Source: Candidatus Thorarchaeota archaeon (GTDB lineage Archaea > Asgardarchaeota > Thorarchaeia > Thorarchaeales > Thorarchaeaceae). From it: 13,035 bases of DNA. Below the pieces are notes generated by a model. That model saw only the letters and a program-made list of their open reading frames with translations. It made no database searches and was not told where the DNA came from. Positions 6,970-13,035 of the stretch are shown here, in pieces. The position numbers and the translations under genes are program-made. The stretch covers positions 1-13,035 of the forward strand of contig JAEOTX010000120.1 of NCBI GenBank assembly GCA_016839605.1. Direction: 5' to 3'. Positions within the stretch are counted from its first letter, which is position 1. Each line of letters opens with the position of its first letter.

Positions 6970-7878
6970 TTAATCCGCTACGAGTCTCTGTGCAAACCAC
7001 TCCGGCTCGAACCTGCGCAGGTCATCATAACCCTGTCCGACTCCAATGTAGATCACAGGTCGACCAGTCACAAATGCCACTGAAAGCGCTGCTCCACCTG
7101 ATGGGTCTGCATCCACTTTGGTTAGAATAGCTCCATCAATCTCTATGGCATCATTGAACTCCTTTGCTTGAGAGAGCGCATCATTACCGGCAAGAGCATC
7201 TCCGACAAAGATTTTCAGGTCCGGTTCAGTAACCCTCGCAATCTTCTGCATCTCGGCGATTAGGTTCTTGTTACTCTGCATTCTTCCAGCGGAGTCTATC
7301 AGAACAATGTCAATCCCTTTTGCACGTGCGTGGGAAATGGCATCATATGCCACAGCTGCTGCATCGGATCCATAATTCTGCTTGATGACTCTGATACCAA
7401 GCCTGTTTGCATGTTCCTCAAGCTGTTCTATGCTTCCAGCTCGGAATGTATCTCCAGCGGCAATAACGATGGAAAAACCGTTCTTCTTGTAGAGATTTGC
7501 CACCTTTGCCAATGTTGTCGTCTTGCCAGTCCCATTCACACCCACAAAGAGAATGACTGTTAGTTCTCCATTTACCTTCTTGTCAGAAGCATACTGAATT
7601 GGGTCAAGTGGATGTTCAGGTGTCAGGACTTCCATAATTGACTCATAGATTGCAGTTCTGAATAGCTTGCCAGTCTTTTCCAGACGGCCGGTTCGCTTCC
7701 CGATGAGCTTCTCCTTTGTCAGGTTGCATATGTGCTCAGCAACATCGACTGCAACGTCGTTTTGAATCAGAACCATCTGAAGGGCCCATACCGCATCAGC
7801 GAGATTCTTCTCGTTCAGCTCCTTGGTGGTGGCTTTGGTAACAGCAGAGTCCATCGCACCACGGAGCTTCTCGAACAC
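6970..7878 (-). CDS. ftsY: Signal recognition particle receptor FtsY (NG domain only)
   Basis: GVNGTGKTTT, DTFRAG, DSAGR, TKVD and GVGQGYDDL SRP-GTPase motifs; follows pfdA; GTG start. Confidence 0.98.
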   Translation of the reverse strand: MFEKLRGAMDSAVTKATTKELNEKNLADAVWALQMVLIQNDVAVDVAEHICNLTKEKLIGKRTGRLEKTGKLFRTAIYESIMEVLTPEHPLDPIQYASDKKVNGELTVILFVGVNGTGKTTTLAKVANLYKKNGFSIVIAAGDTFRAGSIEQLEEHANRLGIRVIKQNYGSDAAAVAYDAISHARAKGIDIVLIDSAGRMQSNKNLIAEMQKIARVTEPDLKIFVGDALAGNDALSQAKEFNDAIEIDGAILTKVDADPSGGAALSVAFVTGRPVIYIGVGQGYDDLRRFEPEWFAQRLVAD

Positions 7879-7879
7879 G

Positions 7880-8317
7880 CTATTGTGCCCCCTGGGCCTG
7901 CATCTGCGTTGCTAGCTGTCTCATCTGTGCGTCAATGGCCTCTGCACGGTTGGCGAGCTTTCCAAGTTCGGAAATCAGGCTCTCATACTGCTTTCCCAGA
8001 CTCTCGATGGCTTGTTCTACTCCTTCAATGGCTTGTTCTAAGCTCTGCTCGATTCTCACTCCGCTACCTAGAGCTCTCGTCACTTTCGAGGTGTCTATTA
8101 GCTTTGCCTGTACGAAGATGCCACCTCCAACATTGAACAGTGTTTCTTCGCCCTCTTTTCTGGTCTCAATCTCTTTAAGCACTGCAAATCCGTTTTGGTA
8201 CTGGTTCAAAAGGACCTGTGTCAGTTCTATCTGTTGTCGAATGGTGTTCAGATTTGACTCAGCGAGTTGCTGTTCCACATAGAGTTTCTGAAGAAGATTC
8301 TGTTGCTCCTCCGTCAT
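7880..8317 (-). CDS. pfdA: Prefoldin alpha subunit
   Basis: Coiled coils flanking beta-hairpins (LFNVGGGIFVQA...LGSGVRIE); conserved position between eL20 and ftsY; start overlaps the eL20 stop (TAATG). Confidence 0.95.
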   Translation of the reverse strand: MTEEQQNLLQKLYVEQQLAESNLNTIRQQIELTQVLLNQYQNGFAVLKEIETRKEGEETLFNVGGGIFVQAKLIDTSKVTRALGSGVRIEQSLEQAIEGVEQAIESLGKQYESLISELGKLANRAEAIDAQMRQLATQMQAQGAQ

Positions 8318-8559
8318 TACAGTTCGCTCTCCAGTCCGAGAATCCTACGGAGTTCCAGATTTGTGGCCTCTTCGGGTTTGATCTCAGCAATCTCACTGAT
8401 AGTGATATCCCTTCTTTTCACTCTGTGGCGACTGCCAAGTTCAGAGTAGATCTTCTCTATAACATGCGCCTCTTTAAGCGCAATCATTTCTTTTGAGAAA
8501 GTGAACTTTCTCTTCAGCTTACGATATTCGCCTTTCGCTCTCCATACCTTAGAACTCAT
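8317..8559 (-). CDS. rpl18a: 50S ribosomal protein eL20 (L18Ae/LX)
   Basis: FSKE...EKIYSELGSRHRVKRRDITI motif; between eif6 and pfdA. Confidence 0.95.
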   Translation of the reverse strand: MSSKVWRAKGEYRKLKRKFTFSKEMIALKEAHVIEKIYSELGSRHRVKRRDITISEIAEIKPEEATNLELRRILGLESEL

Positions 8560-8573
8560 CTGAAGACCACCTT

Positions 8574-9239
8574 TTAGACAAAGCCCAGGACTTGACTGAT
8601 GTGAGCCAATTCTACACCCGTTGTTTCTGACCCAACAATCAAGCTGTCCATGTTCGCCATTACACCTAAACTAGTGTAGGGGCTGCCTCGATTAACTGTG
8701 CCAACCTCGACGTGCACTTTTAACAGCTGTGATATCTTCTCAATCTCACTGGTAGTAGCCATAGGATGAACTATTGCTCCCTGATTCGTTGTTGCTGAGT
8801 TAGAGCCTACTATAGGTAGATTGGCCACAGTACTTGGGATGACCTCAACGTCAAGAGCATCAGATATCTTTGCTCTTGCATTCTTGTCAAAATCAGGATG
8901 GCAGATAGCGCCATTATCATTGGCTAAGATGATGTTGCCAAGAGCTGTCATCTTGTTATCAATCCAATCCACCCGAATGTCAGGATACTCTTTTAGTGCT
9001 GCAAGCTCGTCGTCATTTGTTGTGTAAGGAAGAAGAATTCCGTTTGAATTAGCTACACAGACAAGACCGATCACATCTAGAGTGGCAATAGTTGACTGTA
9101 CCAATGGAAGATTGAAGACACGTTCCATTGTTTCTATGGACCTCTCTGACATGTTTGGAGAAACAAACACATACCTATCTGTGGCGATTCCAAAGGCTCC
9201 AACATTCGAATCGCCCTCGAAATCGTATCGGGCGATCAT
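8574..9239 (-). CDS. eif6: Translation initiation factor 6 (aIF6)
   Basis: ANSNGILLP, ALGNIILANDNGAICHP, GTVNRGSPY and GSETTGVEL pentein repeats. Confidence 0.97.
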   Translation of the reverse strand: MIARYDFEGDSNVGAFGIATDRYVFVSPNMSERSIETMERVFNLPLVQSTIATLDVIGLVCVANSNGILLPYTTNDDELAALKEYPDIRVDWIDNKMTALGNIILANDNGAICHPDFDKNARAKISDALDVEVIPSTVANLPIVGSNSATTNQGAIVHPMATTSEIEKISQLLKVHVEVGTVNRGSPYTSLGVMANMDSLIVGSETTGVELAHISQVLGFV

Positions 9240-9245
9240 TTACAA

Positions 9246-9647
9246 CTACCCCTCTGCTAGATAAACTCGGACAAGGTTATCTGAGTTCTTGGTTGCCCTA
9301 ATTCGTATCCTTCTCGGAGGTTTCTGAATTCCCCTATCCCAGATCCTCTCATTCACCTCAGGTTGAATCACAACCTCCTCAGGTTTCATGTGTCGTTCCA
9401 CGAATTCTCTGAGTATTCTTACAGCCCTGTTTGATCTGCGGAGTCTGCTACCTGTCCAGTATGCCTTTCTCAGGGGTACTGTGTAAATCCGTTCATCGAT
9501 GATTTCTTCCTCTGGGATGACTTCGGCAGGTTCGACTTCTGTTGCATCTGGCCTATCTTCTACGGCCTCAATCTCCTCGTCCTCGCCAATCTCTTCAATA
9601 TCTTCGAGTTCGGGAAGCTCCTCTTCGATCTCCTTCTCTTCAATCAT
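9246..9647 (-). CDS. rpl31e: 50S ribosomal protein eL31 with acidic N-terminal extension
   Basis: ERIYTVPL...RAVRILREFVERHMK...VNERIWDRGIQKPPRRIRIR. Confidence 0.96.
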   Translation of the reverse strand: MIEEKEIEEELPELEDIEEIGEDEEIEAVEDRPDATEVEPAEVIPEEEIIDERIYTVPLRKAYWTGSRLRRSNRAVRILREFVERHMKPEEVVIQPEVNERIWDRGIQKPPRRIRIRATKNSDNLVRVYLAEG

Positions 9648-9661
9648 CTACGTACACCTGA

Positions 9662-9817
9662 CTACGGCTTGAGCTTGGTCTCACGCCAATTTCGCTGCTT
9701 TGGTGTTCTTCTCACTTTTCCACCAGACTTCACTACAGCCCAGGTAGGCACTGAAGAATTGCTCTTGAGTGCTCTTGCCATTCTGAGTTTCTTCGCGAGG
9801 GGTTTGTTCCTTGCCAT
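9662..9817 (-). CDS. rpl39e: 50S ribosomal protein eL39
   Basis: Below the ORF-track cutoff; hand-translated [51 protein letters not shown] (51 aa) with VPxW and RNWR motifs; SD GGTGA. Confidence 0.96.
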   Translation of the reverse strand: MARNKPLAKKLRMARALKSNSSVPTWAVVKSGGKVRRTPKQRNWRETKLKP

Positions 9818-9835
9818 TTTCTTCACCATTTGCAG

Positions 9836-10174
9836 CTATCTGAACGAGATTTTCCTCTCTCGTTCCTGTCCCGTTATTTGTTGCAGCAACGTCTTCAGTT
9901 GCTCATCAGTCACTCTTGCCTTTAGCCTTCCAGATGAGGCCAATTGTATAAGCTGCAGTTCTATCTGTTCCGCAACTTGGGGCTTGACCATTCTGATGTT
10001 TGAGAGCCTTGAACGAGCCTCGGGAGTCAAAATCTGTCTGAGAATTGCCTCCTTCTGAGCCTGTGCTTCGGCAACCTGTTGGTCCCTGACCTGGTCTTCA
10101 AGTGCCTGTTCTTTCAGAGATGCAAGTTTCCTCTGTCGAATCTCATCAAGCTCCTCGTCGCTCAGCACACTCAC
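9836..10174 (-). CDS. PDCD5-like dsDNA-binding protein
   Basis: DEELDEIRQRKL...ILRQILTPEARSRLSNIRMVKP...IELQLIQLA...TDEQLKTLL; conserved position between rps19e and rpl39e. Start could be GTG 10174, GTG 10168 or CTG 10165. Confidence 0.95.
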   Translation of the reverse strand: MSVLSDEELDEIRQRKLASLKEQALEDQVRDQQVAEAQAQKEAILRQILTPEARSRLSNIRMVKPQVAEQIELQLIQLASSGRLKARVTDEQLKTLLQQITGQERERKISFR

Positions 10175-10194
10175 CTACTACGCCAAGATGGCGT

Positions 10195-10647
10195 CTAGTA
10201 GTTCTCCAGCTCGGGTATAGCCTTCGAGAGCTCCCTCTTCAATGTCGCAGACAGCTTATCCATGTAAGACCTACCTACGTTGGTCATCTCACGGCCTTTG
10301 TTTCCACGCTTCAGGATAAAGCCCGCCTTTTCCAGCTGCTGCAGAGCAGTTCGTACAACTGCCCCACTTCCTTTGTGGAACTTGTTGGGCTTTGTACCGC
10401 GTCGCTTCTTCCCGCCATAGTCAATACGGAGACGTTCTGTCCCAATAGGCCCCTTAAGATAGATCTTCCTGAGAATACTTGCGCATCTCATGAACCACCA
10501 GTCTGGATTGTCTGGTGCTCGCTCCTTATGTGCACCCGTCTTTACGAAGAGAGCCCATTCTGGAGGTTCGATCTCATCTCGAGACCTAAGGTCCTGTGCA
10601 AGTCGTCGTATCATGACGTTAGGTGGGATATCATAGACCGTAGGCAT
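10195..10647 (-). CDS. rps19e: 30S ribosomal protein eS19
   Basis: MPTVYDIP, PPEWALFVKTGAHKERAP, DWWFMRCASILRK and LQQLEKAG motifs; start reassigned to ATG 10647 (SD GGTGA). Confidence 0.97.
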   Translation of the reverse strand: MPTVYDIPPNVMIRRLAQDLRSRDEIEPPEWALFVKTGAHKERAPDNPDWWFMRCASILRKIYLKGPIGTERLRIDYGGKKRRGTKPNKFHKGSGAVVRTALQQLEKAGFILKRGNKGREMTNVGRSYMDKLSATLKRELSKAIPELENY

Positions 10648-10738
10648 CTGTTTGTCACCATTTCGTTTGAGGGGGTCACCGCACATAGACTGAGCTAGTG
10701 GCCTACCTCAGAAGGCTGCCCTCGTCAAAATTAGTTGC

Positions 10739-10746
10739 CATAAAAG
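10739..10746 (-). promoter_or_regulatory. Putative TATA box for the rps19e sub-operon
   Basis: CTTTTATG on the minus strand ~92 nt upstream of the rps19e ATG, just outside the inferred IS left end. Confidence 0.4.
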
Positions 10747-10761
10747 GTTGACGGCAGCTGC

Positions 10762-10799
10762 TACAAACCCAAACAAACCCATACATAAGTTAGAAACCC
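10762..10799 (+). repeat. Left-end ~10-bp periodic direct repeats
   Basis: TACAAACCC (10762-10770), AACAAACCC (10772-10780), degenerate TACATAAGT, AGAAACCC (10792-10799). Confidence 0.7.
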
Positions 10800-10839
10800 G
10801 TATTCGGTAAAGACTATACCTCTCCAGATTATGTATGAG

Positions 10840-10847
10840 CTTATAAC
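10840..10847 (+). promoter_or_regulatory. Putative TATA box for leaderless tnpB
   Basis: CTTATAAC about 30 nt upstream of the tnpB ATG, which has no SD. Confidence 0.5.
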
Positions 10848-10875
10848 ATCTAATCGAAACTAAATTCTGAGCCTC

Positions 10876-12096
10876 ATGCTGGTGACCAAGGCTTACAGGT
10901 ACGAACTGGACCCGAACAACCGTCAGAGGTCGCATCTTCACCAACATGCAGGAGTCGCCCGTTTTGCCTACAACTGGGGTCTCGAACATCGCATCCAGCT
11001 CTTCAAGGACAATCATGGAACTGAGCGGTTCACCGATGCTATGAAGCAGCACAAGTTCCTGAACAGCCTTAAGGAGAGCCAGTTTCCCTGGATGTACCAG
11101 TGTTCCAAGTGCGCACCCCAAGAAGCCCTCAGAGACCTGCATAGGGCCTTCAAGAACTTCTATCGTGGACTGAAGACCGGGCAGAGAGTGGGCTTTCCGC
11201 GATTCAAGAGGAAGGGTGTCAGGGACAGTTTCAGACTCACTGGGACAATACGATTCGAGGGGAGGAAGATTCGACTTCCACGGCTTGGAGTGATTCGAAT
11301 AAAAGAGAGAAAGAGGAGCTACATCAGTGGACGGTTCCTCTCAGCTACGGTGCGAAGAAGAGCAGACAGATGGTTTGTGTCGGTCACTGTGGAGGAGGAG
11401 TTTCCGGACCCAGAACCCCCTGCTGGAGGGACTGTGGGAGTGGACCTTGGAGTCAAGACTCTTGCTACTGTTTCTGATGGGAATACCTTTGCAAATCCTC
11501 GAGCCCTGCGAAGAAGACTTAGGAAGCTGAAACAACTGTCAAGAAGTCTGTCGAGAAAAAGGAAGGGGAGTACGAACCGAGAGAAGGCAAAACTCAGACT
11601 GGCCAAGATGTACCTGAAGGTCTTCAACATCCGACAGGACACTCTGCATAAGGTCACGACCTATCTTGCCAAGAGCCACAGCAGGATAGTGATCGAGGAC
11701 CTGAACGTGTCTTGGATGTTGAAGAACCGAAGGCTGGCACGAGCTATTGCGGATGTGGGATTCTATGAGTTCAGAAGACAACTGGAATACAAGTGCAAGT
11801 GGTATGGGTCAGAGCTCGTTGTGACCTCAAGGACATTTCCCTCATCGAAAATGTGTTCACGCTGTGGACACAGGAAAAAGGCGCTATTACTGTCACAGAG
11901 GGAGTATCACTGTGAAGTGTGCGGTCTGAGGATCGACAGGGATCTGAATGCTGCCGTGAATCTAGTCGCCGTCAGTTTGCCGGAGACTCAAAACGCCTGT
12001 GGAGAGGACGTAAGACTCTTAACGAGTCCTTTGGGAGTCGTAGAGCAGACCTCAGCGAAGCAGGAACCGAACATCAGCCCTAGACTCAATGTCTAG
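10876..12096 (+). CDS. tnpB: RNA-guided endonuclease TnpB
   Basis: N-terminal KAYRYEL...GVARFAYNWGL, GFPRFK, RuvC-I GVDLG, RuvC-II IVIEDL, Zn ribbon CSRC...CEVC and RuvC-III DRDLNAA; D-E-D triad intact. Confidence 0.97.
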   Translation: MLVTKAYRYELDPNNRQRSHLHQHAGVARFAYNWGLEHRIQLFKDNHGTERFTDAMKQHKFLNSLKESQFPWMYQCSKCAPQEALRDLHRAFKNFYRGLKTGQRVGFPRFKRKGVRDSFRLTGTIRFEGRKIRLPRLGVIRIKERKRSYISGRFLSATVRRRADRWFVSVTVEEEFPDPEPPAGGTVGVDLGVKTLATVSDGNTFANPRALRRRLRKLKQLSRSLSRKRKGSTNREKAKLRLAKMYLKVFNIRQDTLHKVTTYLAKSHSRIVIEDLNVSWMLKNRRLARAIADVGFYEFRRQLEYKCKWYGSELVVTSRTFPSSKMCSRCGHRKKALLLSQREYHCEVCGLRIDRDLNAAVNLVAVSLPETQNACGEDVRLLTSPLGVVEQTSAKQEPNISPRLNV

Positions 12097-12138
12097 GATT
12101 GTCTAGGTTTCGGGGAACGGTTGTCGCAACGTGCCAAG
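11966..12138 (+). ncRNA. TnpB omegaRNA/reRNA: scaffold to 12120 plus flank-derived guide
   Basis: Overlaps the tnpB 3' end. Nested stems CCGT/ACGG, CCTG (11996)/CAGG (12061), GAGG/CCTC, GACTC/GAGTC and CCTAGAC/GTCTAGG. The GCCTGTGGAG...GAAGCAGGAA pattern is typical of these scaffolds. 5' end and guide length are approximate. Confidence 0.75.
12079..12110 (+). repeat. Right-end hairpin and 10-bp tandem repeat
   Basis: CCTAGAC-TCAAT-GTCTAGG hairpin (12079-12097); GTCTAGGATT GTCTAGGTTT tandem (12091-12110). Confidence 0.8.
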
Positions 12139-12146
12139 GAAATTCC

Positions 12147-12416
12147 CTATAGCTTGAACAGAACTGCAGTGTTTCCACGTATTCCGACCAAATGAGAACC
12201 AGATCTTTTTACAAGGGACTCGAAGATCTCCTTTTTGGAATTCGTTGCAGCAGCTGACCGAAGTAGACGGACCTTGATGTATTTGTGTTTCTTGAGGAGC
12301 CTCTTCGTTTCCTTGATTATACCTTCAGAGAGACCGCTCTTTCCTATCTGCATGATAGCGGGGTCTTGCCATGCGATGTTTATTCTGGTCTTGTCTGGTT
12401 CTTTTGTAGATCCCAT
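12147..12416 (-). CDS. yhbY: YhbY/CRM-domain RNA-binding protein
   Basis: QIGKSGL, IKVRLLR and GNTAVLF motifs; conserved rnp4-yhbY-rps19e context. Confidence 0.9.
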   Translation of the reverse strand: MGSTKEPDKTRINIAWQDPAIMQIGKSGLSEGIIKETKRLLKKHKYIKVRLLRSAAATNSKKEIFESLVKRSGSHLVGIRGNTAVLFKL

Positions 12417-12458
12417 GTCCGTTCGACCTGCTCGAGTGAGGTGTCCTCTTTAGCGTTC

Positions 12459-12776
12459 CTATCTGACGTAATATCTTGTGATGTTACCACAAGCAATACA
12501 AGTCACTGTGAGATGCTTCGATCGGTTGTTTCGTATCCTTACACGACAGTTCTCACCGGGGACTAGTACCATCCCACACCGGCGACAAATCTTCTTCTTG
12601 ATTTCTTGCGGAACTTTGATGCGGACCTTCTGCGCGACTTTGAAAGCCACCTTCATACGCTGTCGTGCGCCTTCTGGGTCTGTCTTGGCTATTTCCGAAG
12701 CCTGTTTCCATAGGAGCTTTATCCTAGCCCTGGCTAGACGCTTGGCCTCTGACTGTCTAGGTCGTTTCTTGGGCAC
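12459..12776 (-). CDS. rnp4: Ribonuclease P protein component 4 (Rpp21)
   Basis: LARARIKLL helix, KKKICRRC...LVPG.NCRVR...VTCIACG.ITRY zinc ribbon; GTG start with SD GAGG. Confidence 0.95.
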   Translation of the reverse strand: MPKKRPRQSEAKRLARARIKLLWKQASEIAKTDPEGARQRMKVAFKVAQKVRIKVPQEIKKKICRRCGMVLVPGENCRVRIRNNRSKHLTVTCIACGNITRYYVR

Positions 12777-12810
12777 CGAATTTCCTCGAATCGATGAGTT
12801 ATCCGATACA

Positions 12811-12819
12811 TCTTAAATC
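12811..12819. promoter_or_regulatory. Putative bidirectional TATA box between rnp4 and nep1
   Basis: TCTTAAATC reads CTTAAAT (+) and ATTTAAGA (-); centred in a 77-nt divergent gap. Confidence 0.45.
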
Positions 12820-12853
12820 GTTCGTGACTACCACCAAATAAGGTGGGTCTGCC

Positions 12854-13035
12854 ATGCTCCATGTCATCCTTCTTGAGTCAGCAATCGAACTAGTTCCTAA
12901 AAATCTGACCTCCACAAAGCTTGTCCAGAAACATGCTAGTAGGAGAGGAAAGAAACCAAATCAACTCCTGCTCGATCAATCGCACCATGGACAGGTAATG
13001 ACCAAGTTGGAGAATGGAGACCGCCGTGGGCGGCC
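12854..13035 (+). CDS. nep1: 16S rRNA pseudouridine N1-methyltransferase Nep1/EMG1, truncated by window edge
   Basis: Hand-translated MLHVILLESAIELVPK...HASRRGKKPNQLLLDQSHH...LENGDRRGRP; matches Nep1 ESxxELVP, LLDxSxH and RGRP(D) motifs; SD AGGTGG at 12841-12846. Confidence 0.93.
   Translation, partial: MLHVILLESAIELVPKNLTSTKLVQKHASRRGKKPNQLLLDQSHHGQVMTKLENGDRRGR

Larger units (their letters stand above)
10755..12120 (+). mobile_element. Non-autonomous tnpB-only insertion sequence with IS607-like ends (IS200/IS605/IS607 superfamily)
   Basis: tnpB interrupts the yhbY-rps19e order in the opposite orientation. ACGG at both junctions (10751-10754 and 12117-12120). 10-bp-periodic AAACC motifs in inverted orientation at both ends. 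No tnpA and no long TIR. Boundaries are inferred; the left one is less certain. Confidence 0.8.

Noticed and set aside
10648-10686. Track's longer N-termini for rps19e (and likewise spt5 and secE)
   Set aside because: SD position and family N-termini support the downstream starts (10647, 3409, 3668).
16-10698. Many plus-strand ORFs in the track (e.g. 16-441, 3998-4357, 9669-10058, 10102-10698)
   Set aside because: They are antisense shadows of well-identified minus-strand genes, with no motifs and compositions that mirror the sense codons.
10755-10875. IStron (group I intron fused to the IS left end)
   Set aside because: Only ~120 nt lie between the left end and tnpB, with no intron core; the insertion is intergenic.
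10708-11142. 144-aa minus ORF as a possible TnpA
   Set aside because: No HUH/Y1 or serine-recombinase (YARVS) motif; it overlaps tnpB antisense and crosses the inferred left end.
10876-12096. TnpB as a pro-Fanzor or nuclease-dead TldR
   Set aside because: The canonical RuvC-II Glu (IVIEDL) is present, there is no relocated Glu before the Zn ribbon (TSRTFPSSKMC), and all three catalytic residues are intact.
10762-12110. Terminal short repeats as a CRISPR array
   Set aside because: Units are ~10 bp with no spacers and there are no cas genes; better explained as IS end motifs.

Overview
Archaeal core-genome window, most likely Asgard/Thorarchaeia-like (inferred from protein style and gene order, not from a search). 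It is dominated by one minus-strand translation/secretion supercluster: rnp4 (Rpp21), yhbY, [IS], rps19e, PDCD5-like, rpl39e, rpl31e, eif6, rpl18a (eL20), pfdA, ftsY, argF, pfkB-family kinase, ftsZ, secE, spt5, rpl11, rpl1, rpl10, rpl12 (truncated at the window edge). nep1 starts divergently at the right edge. The one accessory element is a non-autonomous, IS607-like tnpB-only element (~10755-12120). It has an apparently intact RuvC, a 3'-overlapping omega/reRNA, 10-bp-periodic terminal motifs and ACGG at both junctions, and it sits next to the putative rps19e promoter. The most unusual signals are: (1) a C2HC zinc finger plus Lys7 insertion inside the Spt5 NGN domain, and an acidic C-tail on the same protein; (2) a structured rpl11 leader containing an unannotated SD-led 36-codon ORF; (3) frequent non-AUG starts, including candidate ACG and CTG initiation.
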